A stretch of 32,000 bases of DNA from Cupriavidus necator (GCF_016127575.1 NZ_CP066020.1:330001-362000), one strand, 5' to 3'. Numbered from the stretch's first letter, positions 15,524-24,755 are shown. The notes: generated from the letters alone by a model not told the origin. Numbers and translations: made by a program.

Positions 15524-16036
15524 TTAGTACATGCGTCGCAACGTCATCAACTCCGCCTGTGTAGAAACGTCAGGGAATGCGACCCACGGAAAGTCCACGC
15601 CGCTGGCGGGATCTCGAAACGACACATACGGAAAGTCATTGGCCAACTGCACTCTGAAGATGCGCCCGCTTCCGTCCTTGCCGCGCACTTCGTACATGGC
15701 CCCATGTACTAGATCGAATACAACCCTTCCCCGCTTTAGCGTCACTGAGAATGCGGGTCCTTGCACATATCGCTGGTCCATCCAAGCGTCATACTCCACC
15801 TGGATTGCGTGCTGCCTGACCAGGCTCTGCCACTCATCGAAGAGTGTATGAAAGCGCTCCTTGTGGAAATGCGCCACAATGATTGGCTGCCGTTGCATAA
15901 GTCGCCCCGCGACTCGTTGCCCGTCACTCCCGATCGTGGTACGACAGGCATTGCGGCCAGGAAACGCAGGTCGCTTCGCATCAGAGGTCCGGAACAGCCA
16001 TCGAGGGTATCGAGAATAGAAATCAGTCAGAATCAT
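15524..16036 (-). CDS. Hypothetical protein in a lower-GC patch; start uncertain (alternative ATG at 15898)
   Basis: The track ORF 15524..16120 begins upstream of the DUF932 terminator, so it was trimmed to the first ATG after it. No SD and no recognisable domain. Confidence 0.45.
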   Translation of the reverse strand: MILTDFYSRYPRWLFRTSDAKRPAFPGRNACRTTIGSDGQRVAGRLMQRQPIIVAHFHKERFHTLFDEWQSLVRQHAIQVEYDAWMDQRYVQGPAFSVTLKRGRVVFDLVHGAMYEVRGKDGSGRIFRVQLANDFPYVSFRDPASGVDFPWVAFPDVSTQAELMTLRRMY

Positions 16037-16049
16037 TGGCAACGAGAGA

Positions 16050-16077
16050 AGAAAAAGGCCCCGGCACTGCCGGGGCT
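16050..16077 (-). terminator. Rho-independent terminator after the DUF932-like gene
   Basis: GCCCCGGC-ACT-GCCGGGGC is an 8-bp stem. On the minus strand it is followed by CTTTTTC. Confidence 0.65.
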
Positions 16078-16160
16078 TGGTGGACCTAAAAGCGACTACT
16101 TCCATGCCAAACATCGGCATGGAGCGTCGTTCGCTTTAGGGCTGAACAATTACGATCTCG

Positions 16161-17129
16161 TCATGCAATGAGCTCGATCGCAGCGTCCCAAGCGCGCTGC
16201 TTGAGTGCCGCGCCGGCACCGAACCACGCCGAATCCAGCCGATTGCCCGCATTGCGCGCTCGCTGCTGGTGATCGACGTACTCGGTGACGCTGTTCACCA
16301 GCCCCCAGGCAGTCCCGGCCGCCGATTCCAGCGTGGCACCACGACCGTTGCCCTCGAAGAGATTGAGCACAGCCTTCAGGCCGCGCTCGTTCACCTTGTC
16401 GGGACCGTTCGAATCCGGCTTCGTCCACGGGTACGTGAACAGGCGCTGGAAGAAGCGTTCCGATTCGACCTGACTCACCTTGCGGTCGGCCAGTTCATGC
16501 ATGCGGACCATGAAGCCATCCCACGACGAGATGGCGATGCCCAACTCTTCCTTGACAGCGCGCGGGTCGAACTGGCTGCGGTGCGGCACCTTGACGGCGC
16601 CGCGACTGCGGCCAAGCGCAATCTGCAGCGTGTTGTTGCAAACCACCCGCACCGACGTGAACTGGGCGGTGGTGGCCAAGGTGCCATCACAGGCCGTGGC
16701 CAGCAGCAGGTAGCCGCGCACCTCGTCGACGCCGGCGATCTTGGTCGACTGTCCCGTACGCGCGAGCGCCCAGAGCTTGCGACCTTCCTTGAGCACACCT
16801 GCCGTTTCAAGCTGGTAGCCACCGACCTCCGTCAGATCACGATAGAAGTCCAGGATCTCCGAGGGCTGGACGACCTGGTACCGCTTGGACACTGTTGCAA
16901 GCGGCTTCTTGGTATCCGAGCGAAACAGCACCTTCTGCTGGGGGAACGAATGAAGCGGATCGAGATCGTGGGAGCCGGCGCGATACATCACGTCGGTTTC
17001 CTCGATTCGCCAGTTCATGCCAGCAGCGTCCGCCCACACTTCGAGCGGCTGATTGCTTTCGAGCTGGTTGCCCAGGCCGTGCCACGGGGTAGCGCCGACA
17101 TAAGCCATGGTTTGAACGAGATGAGACAT
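16161..17129 (-). CDS. DUF932/DUF945-like phage/plasmid-associated protein
   Basis: MSHLVQTMAYVGATPWHGLGNQL... with the central ...GRKLWALA...GYLLLATACDGTLATTAQFTSVRVVCNNTL..., typical of this family. AGGAG lies 8 nt upstream of the ATG at 17129. The track ORF start at 17588 was rejected. Confidence 0.85.
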   Translation of the reverse strand: MSHLVQTMAYVGATPWHGLGNQLESNQPLEVWADAAGMNWRIEETDVMYRAGSHDLDPLHSFPQQKVLFRSDTKKPLATVSKRYQVVQPSEILDFYRDLTEVGGYQLETAGVLKEGRKLWALARTGQSTKIAGVDEVRGYLLLATACDGTLATTAQFTSVRVVCNNTLQIALGRSRGAVKVPHRSQFDPRAVKEELGIAISSWDGFMVRMHELADRKVSQVESERFFQRLFTYPWTKPDSNGPDKVNERGLKAVLNLFEGNGRGATLESAAGTAWGLVNSVTEYVDHQQRARNAGNRLDSAWFGAGAALKQRAWDAAIELIA

Positions 17130-17405
17130 GGGATTGCTCCTGAGAATGGGATAGCGCGAGCACGGCCCCAAGGCCGGTCGCAGGAAAGAAATGGGAAGAT
17201 CAGAATTCGCAGCGAGCAGGACTGCACGCGTGCGGGGCAAGACATGGCGCTTTCCGTGGCCGCACTCAGCGGGTCCAGGGCAACACGCCATCACGGCTAC
17301 AGCAAGAATTGGAGGTGCATGTGGGCAAGGGATAATGCCCACAGAGACGTCCCCACAGGGTTCGTCCCTGTGGGAAGTTGCAGAGGATGGCCGGCATGCC
17401 GGCTT

Positions 17406-17428
17406 GGTCGATGCGTCGTAGACGCGGG
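17406..17428 (-). promoter_or_regulatory. Copy c of the conserved island motif
   Basis: GGTCGATGCGTCGTAGACGCGGG, preceded by the palindrome CCGGCATGCCGG. It lies 277 nt upstream of the DUF932-like start. Confidence 0.5.
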
Positions 17429-17588
17429 TAAAACTCGGTTCGGACTGAACGTCCTTCAGTGCGAACAGAGCTTTGTGTGTAGTGCAAAGGCTAACGCAAG
17501 CGTCGCGTCCGGACGAACCCGAATGCTCAGGATATCCACGCGTGATTTGAAGAAGACGCCCCCAGCCAGTGGCCGGGGGAAAATGCAA

Positions 17589-19145
17589 TCATGCGGCGAG
17601 CGCCACGGGCACGGCGACATGCGCCAGGCGAGCGCGCGCATAGTCCAGCGTGCCGTCCTTGGCGCGCAGCGGTCGGGAAGCCCGCTTTACTGGATCGTGG
17701 ATCAGGTAACGTCTGGCACTACCGCGGGGCTCGTCGATGAGCTGCGAGAAGCCAGCGTCAATGCAAAAGTCGACGTACTCGCGTCCGCTCATCACCTGGC
17801 CGGTCTCGAGACGGTACTTGACCGCCTCGGCCTGGCGCATTGCATCAGCCAGTTCACGCTCGGCGCGCTTCTGCGCTTTCTCGATGACCTCGTGGGCCTC
17901 CCATTCGGCCTGTTCGGCTTCCGAGAATCCACACAGTTCAAACAGCCGGCGTCGGCGAGTCATCGCTGAACATTGGAGAACGTCGACACCGATCTCTTCA
18001 CGCAGGGCGCGCTTCGAATCCGTGTTCCAGTCCTTCGGGCCGTCAAAGATCTGCAGGACCGCCGCCACATTGCGCTGCATGACTGCGAGCGCAACGCGGT
18101 TCGGCCACTCATAGCCATAGGCTGCGCGGTAAGCTGCAGCGGCACAGGCCTGGCGATCGAACTCTCGCTGGCTGATTCTCCGCGATTCCCGCTCGGCCTT
18201 GGCCTTGTCCATGCTCTCCTGGAACTGCCGTTGGCTGATCAACGCGTGAATCCGCGCAGCCAGGTTCGTCACCGGCTGCGCGTTCTCCGCCGTCGGCGGC
18301 TTGGGCGTCGGGATCGTCCGCGGTGGCAGGATGCCAGCCACAAACAGAGCGTCGTCGACCTCCACGTCACAGCCGTCGTGCGGCACATGGCGGAGTGCGG
18401 CGAGCAGCTTGCCGACATTGCGCGTCGTGATCGTGAGCTTCTCGGCACGCGTGGTCCGGCAAAGCGCTTGCAACACGCTGGCCGACAATGCCCCCCGTAG
18501 CGCGGGTACCTCGATCAGGGGTTGCATCCAGAGGTCATGGCGGCCGTGGTGCGGGTTGTCGCGGTAGGTATTGACGATGCAGTTTCGAACCTTCTCGCCA
18601 CGCATCAGCGCATAGGCAACGTGCACCTCATGGCGGGCATTGGGGCTCGCATCCGGTGCATACAACGGCCCGTTGATGCCGTAGCCGAATCTGCGCACGA
18701 ACTCACCACAAACAAACTCAGCGATGTCGAACGCTCCCTTCTCCTCAAAAAGGTCTGCTGTCTGGAAGAGCGGTCCCGCATCGCCTTGAGACATGTCGAT
18801 GGCTTCCGCGGGGAAGTACGCCAGGCGGCCGGCAGCGACCACGGCGCCCCAGGAGGCGCGGCTCATCTCGTGCGGGCGCAGGACTTTTCCACCCACGCGC
18901 ACAATGAACCGATCCACTTCGTCGAGGATCATGGTCAGGATCGCGCGCCGGGTGCCCGTCGGGCGCACCGCAAAATTGCCGGACGCAAGGCGCACGACCG
19001 GGATCGCCCCGCGCTCGATGTGCCGAACGGAGATGTCTTCGACACGCGGCAGCGCGCGGCCGTCACGGTCATCGTTCAAAAGCTGCAGCACGCCGGCGAG
19101 CGACGTGCGATTCTCGGCCTGTTGGCCGATGTGGACAACGTACAT
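17589..19145 (-). CDS. Hypothetical protein (518 aa)
   Basis: AGGAG lies 6 nt upstream of ATG 19145 (MYVVHIGQQ...). GC3 bias throughout. No motif recognised. Confidence 0.7.
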   Translation of the reverse strand: MYVVHIGQQAENRTSLAGVLQLLNDDRDGRALPRVEDISVRHIERGAIPVVRLASGNFAVRPTGTRRAILTMILDEVDRFIVRVGGKVLRPHEMSRASWGAVVAAGRLAYFPAEAIDMSQGDAGPLFQTADLFEEKGAFDIAEFVCGEFVRRFGYGINGPLYAPDASPNARHEVHVAYALMRGEKVRNCIVNTYRDNPHHGRHDLWMQPLIEVPALRGALSASVLQALCRTTRAEKLTITTRNVGKLLAALRHVPHDGCDVEVDDALFVAGILPPRTIPTPKPPTAENAQPVTNLAARIHALISQRQFQESMDKAKAERESRRISQREFDRQACAAAAYRAAYGYEWPNRVALAVMQRNVAAVLQIFDGPKDWNTDSKRALREEIGVDVLQCSAMTRRRRLFELCGFSEAEQAEWEAHEVIEKAQKRAERELADAMRQAEAVKYRLETGQVMSGREYVDFCIDAGFSQLIDEPRGSARRYLIHDPVKRASRPLRAKDGTLDYARARLAHVAVPVALAA

Positions 19146-19209
19146 GGTGGCTCCTGGGGCGGAGCACGCCCCTTCGGGGACATGCCCCGAAAGGGTTGAA
19201 AGGATCGGA

Positions 19210-19599
19210 TCAGGCGAGCGCAGCTGCGCGGCGTACCGGGCGGCTTCGGCGAGCGACCACGCGTGCGGCAGCAACCTGCGACAACAAGTCAGGATCCGCA
19301 ATACGCCAAATTTCGCCGCGGCCAAGGCCGACCTGGTTCGACCGGCCAGTTTGGACGAACTTGCCGGTGCCCAGCAGCACAGTCTTCAGATCGGCCGGCA
19401 GGTTCCAGGCAGCCGACGCGAGAATCTCGTCCTCGGCAAGGTCGGCGTCTGGCACGTTCACCGACAGCGCGCCGTAGGGCATGCCATCGTCGGCACAGAC
19501 GAGTGAGAACGCCGCGCGCAGGTTGGTGGAATAGACACTGGCGCGCAGCAGCACGCCGGCGGGGTAGCTGGCCAGGCCAGCGCCATAGATACGGTCCAT
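19210..19599 (-). CDS. Hypothetical protein (129 aa)
   Basis: ACGGAG lies upstream of ATG 19599. The ORF is coding-like and ends 65 nt before the next start. Confidence 0.6.
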   Translation of the reverse strand: MDRIYGAGLASYPAGVLLRASVYSTNLRAAFSLVCADDGMPYGALSVNVPDADLAEDEILASAAWNLPADLKTVLLGTGKFVQTGRSNQVGLGRGEIWRIADPDLLSQVAAARVVARRSRPVRRAAALA

Positions 19600-19668
19600 C
19601 GGGAAACTCCGTTAGATGGGGAGCCGGCCCGACGGGACGACGCCCGCGTGGGTGGTTTGAAAAACAAA

Positions 19669-19700
19669 AAGCGCACCCCAAGGGATGCGCTGATGTCGGA
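19669..19700 (-). terminator. Rho-independent terminator
   Basis: The minus strand reads GCGCATCCC-TTG-GGGTGCGC (one bulged T) followed by TTTTTGTTTTT. Confidence 0.65.
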
Positions 19701-19800
19701 GCCGACGAATCGGCTCGTAGGAGAAGGGAGGCGTTCAGGCGTCGCGGTCAAGTTCCGCGATGCACGATGAAAGGCCGAATACAAATGGCCCAAACATCAC

Positions 19801-19896
19801 TTAGTCCTTGTGGACACGTCGTCCATTGCGGTCCGCCCAGAGCAGGAAAGCCGCAATGGCCCCGCCAAGAATCAGTACAAACAGGCCGAGAGTCAT
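19801..19896 (-). CDS. 31-aa single-TM micro-protein
   Basis: MTLGLFVLILGGAIAAFLLWADRNGRRVHKD*. AAGGAG lies inside the end of the upstream gene, whose stop is 2 nt before this ATG. Below the track cutoff. Confidence 0.4.
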   Translation of the reverse strand: MTLGLFVLILGGAIAAFLLWADRNGRRVHKD

Positions 19897-19898
19897 TC

Positions 19899-20369
19899 TC
19901 AGTCTCCTTTAGAAAGCACTGCGCCTACGAAGAATAGTACAACACCGATGCCGACCAGGCTCAAGACGTCCGTCACCGCGCTGAGGGTCCAAACGCGGCC
20001 CGAACCGACATAGCCCGCAGCGCCAATCACGGCTGCAGCAGAAAGCGTGTGAGCAAATCGGCCTGATTGCTGCCGCTGGTCCTTGGTCGGCGCGATGACC
20101 GCCTTCCACGCTTGCAGAAGAAACGCCTTGCGTTGGCGCCGTGCCCGATCGACGCGATAGCTACCGTTTTCCACGTGCAGTAATGGAATTCGATATCCGT
20201 CTTCGTGAGCCACGATGGCATAGCCTTCGCCTGCCCCCGTTGCGCGATTGACAAGCTCCAGCAAGCGCGCCGGCAATGTCACCATGCCGGCCGCTGGATC
20301 GTACTGGGCATGCCCATTCACCTCCTCACCAGACGTCGATGTGAAGGTCACCTTGATAAGGCTGGTCAT
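19899..20369 (-). CDS. Hypothetical membrane protein (156 aa, two C-terminal TM segments)
   Basis: Soluble N-terminal domain followed by HTLSAAAVIGAAGYVGSG and VLSLVGIGVVLFFVGAVL hydrophobic segments. Confidence 0.65.
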   Translation of the reverse strand: MTSLIKVTFTSTSGEEVNGHAQYDPAAGMVTLPARLLELVNRATGAGEGYAIVAHEDGYRIPLLHVENGSYRVDRARRQRKAFLLQAWKAVIAPTKDQRQQSGRFAHTLSAAAVIGAAGYVGSGRVWTLSAVTDVLSLVGIGVVLFFVGAVLSKGD

Positions 20370-20380
20370 GGCTTGCCCCC

Positions 20381-20764
20381 TCAGCTACGCCGCCCGGCCA
20401 CCACGCGAAGCGTGGAAACCAGATTGGCATAGCCATGGTCGGTGGCCAGCGACTCCACATTGACGGTATTGTCGCGCCCCCCGGTCAAGTCATGGCGACC
20501 GCGACAGGTTCTGTAGGACATGCGCACTCCGCCTTCCTGGCCCGGGCCGTGCTGGATCTCGACAAGCAGCGAGTCCGTATGCAAGGCGAACACGTCGACG
20601 TCGCGACGGCGCTGGCGATGCTCGCGAATTGTGTAGTCCCGCGGGCTAAGTGCCATGTCGCCGGCGAAGCGGCGCAGCACACGGCATGCGTCACGGCGAA
20701 CCGCTTGGCAGGCAGAAGAATTGGTCGACGGGTGCCGACTGAAGAATGATTTAGGAAGCTTCAT
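20381..20764 (-). CDS. Hypothetical protein (127 aa)
   Basis: Start MKLPKSFF at 20764 with TTGAGGACATC upstream, the same SD context as the lipoprotein gene. The track ORF start at 21103 was rejected because it overlaps the upstream gene and motif d. Confidence 0.6.
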   Translation of the reverse strand: MKLPKSFFSRHPSTNSSACQAVRRDACRVLRRFAGDMALSPRDYTIREHRQRRRDVDVFALHTDSLLVEIQHGPGQEGGVRMSYRTCRGRHDLTGGRDNTVNVESLATDHGYANLVSTLRVVAGRRS

Positions 20765-20846
20765 GATGTCCTCAAGAATGCGCGGGACACCCCTTCCCAA
20801 CGGGACGAGTGTCCCGCAATGGGTTGGTCCGGCTATGCCGGACAGT

Positions 20847-20870
20847 GGGTCGATGCGTCGATGACGCGGG
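20847..20870 (-). promoter_or_regulatory. Copy d of the conserved island motif
   Basis: GGGTCGATGCGTCGATGACGCGGG, preceded by CCGGCTATGCCGG. It lies 83 nt upstream of the start at 20764. Confidence 0.5.
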
Positions 20871-20940
20871 TGAAAGCGCTTGCCGAAGCCTGAAAGCTTC
20901 GGCAAGCCCTCTCGGGCTTGCGATTGGGATGGGCCTGAGG

Positions 20941-21345
20941 TCAGGCGAGATCGAAAATCTTGCTGATGGCTCGGACGGTGTCCCAAGCTTGGCGCTCGGA
21001 CAGCACCTTGCCAACAAGCAACTTCTGGGCAGTGGTGACCAGGTTGGGGGCCTCGCCGGCGTAGCCGATCCGGTCGACAAAGACCGCCCAGCCTTCCGAC
21101 CAACCGCGATGCACGGAGACGGTGAGTCGTTCACGCGCACCCAACTGTGGCCACTGGCGTGACGACTTCGGGCCGTACATGGCCTCATTGTCGTCATCCA
21201 TGAAATTGGCAGCATTGAGCCATTCCGGCTCCAGGCTTGCACTGCGCAGTTGACGACGGACGTCATCGGCGACTTCGAAGATGTACCTGCCCTTCGTTTC
21301 GATCGGATTGATGGTCAGGGGAGATGTTTCTGCAGTGTCGAACAT
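20941..21345 (-). CDS. Hypothetical protein (134 aa)
   Basis: Clean ORF with GC3 bias and an acidic patch FMDDDNEAMY. It lies 86 nt downstream of the lipoprotein gene. Confidence 0.65.
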   Translation of the reverse strand: MFDTAETSPLTINPIETKGRYIFEVADDVRRQLRSASLEPEWLNAANFMDDDNEAMYGPKSSRQWPQLGARERLTVSVHRGWSEGWAVFVDRIGYAGEAPNLVTTAQKLLVGKVLSERQAWDTVRAISKIFDLA

Positions 21346-21431
21346 GGCTGGTTGCAGTTCGCGACAGAGCCCCCACGCGGGAGGGTCCGCGCGGGGAGAA
21401 TGAAGGGAATGGGACTCCGAACCGGAGGCCG

Positions 21432-21905
21432 TTAGTGAGTGAGGCGATAGCCGCCGGCACCCGAGACGAGAAACAGCTGCTCGCCAGAGACGAACTGCTG
21501 ATCCGCATCCTGGGTCACGACGACCTGGCGGCCACTGTCCGTGCGGACAATGACTTCCACGCCATCGCGGCGGCTCAACTGGTTCGCCGCCGTCTGCGCG
21601 ATGACCGCCGAGACGGTGCCCGACAGGGCGCCGGCCAGGTAACGGCCATTGCCGTCGCCGATGATGCGCGCACCAAGCACCGCACCAACGACGGCACCGA
21701 GAACACCGGGTACGCCGGTGTGGGCCGACATAATGCCGTCCCTGTCGACAATCGTGACGGGGCGAACCCTGACGACTGTGACAGCTTCAGCGTTACTTGT
21801 GCGCAGCGCTTCCGTCGCCCGGTAGGTATTGGGCGAAGTCGGCTGAGCAGCGCAGCCAGTGAAAACGGCGCAGCAAAGGAAAAGCAGGAAGAATCGCTTG
21901 ATCAT
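21432..21905 (-). CDS. Lipoprotein with a glycine-zipper (SlyB / 17-kDa-antigen-like) domain
   Basis: MIKRFFLLFLCCAVFTGC contains a lipobox. GVPGVLGAVVGAVLGARIIGDGNGRYLAGALSG is a glycine zipper. GAGG lies 7 nt upstream of ATG 21905. Confidence 0.75.
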   Translation of the reverse strand: MIKRFFLLFLCCAVFTGCAAQPTSPNTYRATEALRTSNAEAVTVVRVRPVTIVDRDGIMSAHTGVPGVLGAVVGAVLGARIIGDGNGRYLAGALSGTVSAVIAQTAANQLSRRDGVEVIVRTDSGRQVVVTQDADQQFVSGEQLFLVSGAGGYRLTH

Positions 21906-21995
21906 GATGGCCTCAACGAAAATGGGGCCAACATGCCCACGGGCAGGAAGGCCCGTAGGTGGGGAAAAAAGAGATGTCCGGCTATACAACCGGAA

Positions 21996-22018
21996 GTGTC
22001 GATGCGTCGGAGACGCGG
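21996..22018 (-). promoter_or_regulatory. Copy e of the conserved island motif
   Basis: GTGTCGATGCGTCGGAGACGCGG, preceded by CCGGCTATACAACCGG. It lies 91 nt upstream of the start at 21905. Confidence 0.5.
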
Positions 22019-22110
22019 TAGGTGCACCTATGTTAGCAGTGTCGAGCGCGTTTGTGGAGTCGTTCAATCCGGCGCAGCCTACTTACCGAAGCGCCGAATG
22101 CGGCTTCCGG

Positions 22111-22437
22111 TCAGCCGCATTCGGCGAGACGCCAACACCAACTGTCGCCGATCGCATAAAGAATCAGCAATGCCTCGCCAACGCGATACGGCCGTCCCTG
22201 GATGGTTACCGCACCGTGCTCTTCGGAAAGCAGGAATGACGAATCACTCGCTACAAACTCAAGGGTTGGCATCGATTTGCATAGTTGCTGCGCTGATGCC
22301 AGCGTAAACAATGGCACCACGAAGCCGTTCCAACTGACACCGTTCCAGAAGGCATCGATTGCGAAGTCGTCGGGTAGCCAGTCGCCGGCTACCCTAACGG
22401 GTCGGTATTTAGAGGCAAAGGCATGAGGATCTTGCAT
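22111..22437 (-). CDS. Hypothetical protein (108 aa)
   Basis: TGGAG lies upstream of ATG 22437. The ORF is coding-like. Its stop lies in the loop of a 12-bp hairpin. Confidence 0.6.
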   Translation of the reverse strand: MQDPHAFASKYRPVRVAGDWLPDDFAIDAFWNGVSWNGFVVPLFTLASAQQLCKSMPTLEFVASDSSFLLSEEHGAVTIQGRPYRVGEALLILYAIGDSWCWRLAECG

Positions 22438-22488
22438 AGTGTGTACTCCAATTCTTCCGGAAGGCAGCTACCTGGGCTGTGTTCCGGC

Positions 22489-22508
22489 GGGTCGATGATA
22501 GGTGCGGG
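22489..22508 (-). promoter_or_regulatory. Degenerate copy of the island motif (left part only)
   Basis: GGGTCGATGATAGGTGCGGG keeps GGGTCGATG and the terminal CGGG but lacks the GCGTC/GACGC dyad. It lies 52 nt upstream of the start at 22437. Confidence 0.25.
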
Positions 22509-22542
22509 CCGAACGCCACGTGGGGCGCCGCTGCAATGAATC

Positions 22543-22578
22543 CAAAAAAAATGCCATCCCCAAAACTTCGGGGACGGC
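22543..22578 (-). terminator. Rho-independent terminator after the ThiF-like gene
   Basis: The minus strand reads GCCGTCCCC-GAAGTTTT-GGGGATGGC (one G-U pair) followed by ATTTTTTTT. Confidence 0.6.
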
Positions 22579-22582
22579 GGGT

Positions 22583-23386
22583 TCAAGCGGCATGGCGAGA
22601 GGCGCGGCTCGCGCGCTGCTTCGGTTCGGGCAGGTGATACCCGAATCGCGCCCAGGCCTGCGGGTCAACCGGCAGTGGATTCGTACGCCCCACTGCCAAA
22701 TTCACGAACGCGCCGCAGTACTTCAGCGTCCCCGTGCGAAACAGCGTCCAAAGCAAGTTGTAGGCCTGCACCGCGATCGCCTGGTTGATCACCAGCGACT
22801 GCTTCTGCAGCGCCTCTGCCATCGAACACGACGGCGCAGTGTCGGCCTTGTCCCCTTTCGGGTCCAGCAGCTCGGGGAAAAGGTCGCCGACATGGGGCAA
22901 GCGCTGCGCCGCCTTGCCGCGCACTTGGCCGAGAATCACCTGACCACTGTCCGACTCGTTGCCGCAGTCAAGATAGTAGCCACCTGTGCCACGCTTCATC
23001 GCTCCAAGGATCGCCTTGCGGGCAGCCCGCGTGTCAACACAGCCAATTGCCATGTCGCAGACGAAGCGATCGCCGCTCGCAACCCGACGCGTGTGCGCTT
23101 CCCAGCGCGTCCCCATCAGGTTGTTCAGTCGGTTCACGATCAGCGTGGCCTTGTGCTGGCCCACATCGACGGGATAGAAGCCCTGACGACCGATATTGGT
23201 CTCGCTGACGGTATCGTCATCGTAGACCGTGCAATCGATGCCGCCCGGGTGGCCCAGCTCCAGCATGGCGTGATGCAGCCGCGCCAGATTGGGTAGCAAG
23301 GCGCTGCCGGTGCCGCCGGCACCTACCACTACCACCTTCCAGGCACGCGTCGTCATGTTCGCGGGAATGCGATGCTCGAAGGTCAT
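22583..23386 (-). CDS. PRTRC system ThiF-family (E1-like adenylyltransferase) protein
   Basis: VVVVGAGGTGS (GxGxxG), YDDDTVSETNIGRQ, CVDTRAARK. The ATG at 23386 overlaps the stop of the JAB gene (ATGA). Confidence 0.9.
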   Translation of the reverse strand: MTFEHRIPANMTTRAWKVVVVGAGGTGSALLPNLARLHHAMLELGHPGGIDCTVYDDDTVSETNIGRQGFYPVDVGQHKATLIVNRLNNLMGTRWEAHTRRVASGDRFVCDMAIGCVDTRAARKAILGAMKRGTGGYYLDCGNESDSGQVILGQVRGKAAQRLPHVGDLFPELLDPKGDKADTAPSCSMAEALQKQSLVINQAIAVQAYNLLWTLFRTGTLKYCGAFVNLAVGRTNPLPVDPQAWARFGYHLPEPKQRASRASRHAA

Positions 23387-24024
23387 GCCAGCACCTCCTC
23401 GCGCGCCGCGGCGTACCAGTCGGCTGGAACCTTCTCCACGTTCTCGAAAATGCCCTTGGCGCACAGCCGCAGTGCCATCGAAGGCGTTGCCGCGTCGCAG
23501 TTGCCCATCACGAACGCAAACTTCACGTCGTGGCAGTCGTCGTCATCGTCGGTAGACGAGAAGAACGCCGGGTGACGCCCATGCGAGTGGCAGTCGACCA
23601 CCAGCACATCGTCTGCAGCCAGTGGGGGACGCTCGTACTTCAGGTGCCCGCCGCTGTGCTCCAGGATCTGCACTGGCACCAGCCGGAACGAAGCGCTATC
23701 GGCATTCCAGACCACCCACCCACCAGTTTCCTTGGGATGCGCGGCACGCGCCATCGCGGCGAACTCCCCGATCAACTGAGCCGGGATGCGCCCGCAGCGC
23801 AGATCGGTTGTCTCTGCCGCCTCGCCGTATGGAATGGCCGTGCGATGCTGGAAAGCGCCGAGGTGGCGGACGACGCTCAGCCAGGGCCGGACGATCTCAA
23901 GGAACACGCCGTTAGCCGCAATGAGCAGGCGCTCGCCGGACCGTTCCATGGGCGCGAGCGCTCCGAAGCGCGGCACCATCACAGAAGGAAAGGATTGCTG
24001 CAGGGCAGCGTCAGCAGGATTCAT
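23383..24024 (-). CDS. PRTRC system protein A (JAB/MPN metalloprotease-like)
   Basis: DCHSHGRHPAFFSSTDDDD fits the JAMM motif H-x-H-x7-S-x2-D. ATGA overlaps occur at both ends. Confidence 0.85.
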   Translation of the reverse strand: MNPADAALQQSFPSVMVPRFGALAPMERSGERLLIAANGVFLEIVRPWLSVVRHLGAFQHRTAIPYGEAAETTDLRCGRIPAQLIGEFAAMARAAHPKETGGWVVWNADSASFRLVPVQILEHSGGHLKYERPPLAADDVLVVDCHSHGRHPAFFSSTDDDDDCHDVKFAFVMGNCDAATPSMALRLCAKGIFENVEKVPADWYAAAREEVLA

Positions 24025-24746
24025 GATGACTTTTCCAGTTTGCCGGCGATCAGATCCGCCAGCTTGAGTTTCATGGGAACGAGGACTTGCTTGGGGTAGT
24101 CGGGAAACTGCCCGTCAAGCATGTCCTTCCAGAAGGCATAGGCGCCGCGCTCGTACGTCACGCGCTTGCTGCCATGGTTGGGATGGGTAAATGCCGAGTT
24201 GAAGAATCCGGCTTCCCAACCTGCGATTGATGCCACGTCGATCTGCTTGGGCACATGGGCTGAGCCGATGCAGATCTTCCCGTGGTCCCAGGTATTGAAG
24301 TAAGGCGGCTCGCAAAGCTCGCTGGCCGGTACGGGGCGCTCGTCCCCTCTCAGGGCGAAGACCCGGAACCCGGACTGCGATGCCTGGAACACAAGCGCGG
24401 GGTGTGGCACAACCGCACTGCGCTTCCCGAACTCCTTGCAGTCGAAGAAAACGCGACGCTGCGCCGCGGGACACCACCATGTCACCGCGGTGGGGCTGAT
24501 CGACAGCACGTTGGGTGTGAGGAACTCGCCGTTGGGGAGCGAGGCCTCCGCCACTTCACGGACTGCGTGGATCAACGCCATACGGTTCAGCGGTGTGCCG
24601 GCACCAATGACGGGGCGACCCGAGCCATCCGGCTCGATGCGATGGGCCGTGGCGTAGGAGAACTGCCCTGGCCCTTGCCCATAAAGCAAAATGGCCCCTT
24701 GCAGGGCCACGTCGTGCGACCGCGTAGCGGTCAGGATTTCGGCCAT
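24021..24746 (-). CDS. PRTRC system protein B (prokaryotic E2/UBC-like)
   Basis: EPPYFNTWDHGKICIGS resembles the E2 HPN...C active-site region. AGGAGGG SD. Position between F and A as in the PRTRC cassette. Confidence 0.8.
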   Translation of the reverse strand: MAEILTATRSHDVALQGAILLYGQGPGQFSYATAHRIEPDGSGRPVIGAGTPLNRMALIHAVREVAEASLPNGEFLTPNVLSISPTAVTWWCPAAQRRVFFDCKEFGKRSAVVPHPALVFQASQSGFRVFALRGDERPVPASELCEPPYFNTWDHGKICIGSAHVPKQIDVASIAGWEAGFFNSAFTHPNHGSKRVTYERGAYAFWKDMLDGQFPDYPKQVLVPMKLKLADLIAGKLEKSS

Positions 24747-24755
24747 ATGGCCCTC

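Noticed and set aside
16161-17588. Long N-terminal extensions of track ORFs: 16161..17588, 26736..28520, 20381..21103, 21432..22067, 17589..19325, 22583..23464, 10138..11673, 25986..26264 and 15524..16120
   Set aside because: The extensions run through intergenic motifs or terminators, or overlap upstream genes, and they lack SD sequences. Internal ATGs with good SDs give family-typical N-termini.
16269-17969. 566-aa plus-strand ORF spanning the DUF932-like gene, its leader and the next gene
   Set aside because: It crosses an intergenic region that contains the conserved motif. It has no recognisable motifs, and the opposite strand encodes a clear DUF932-like protein with a good SD.
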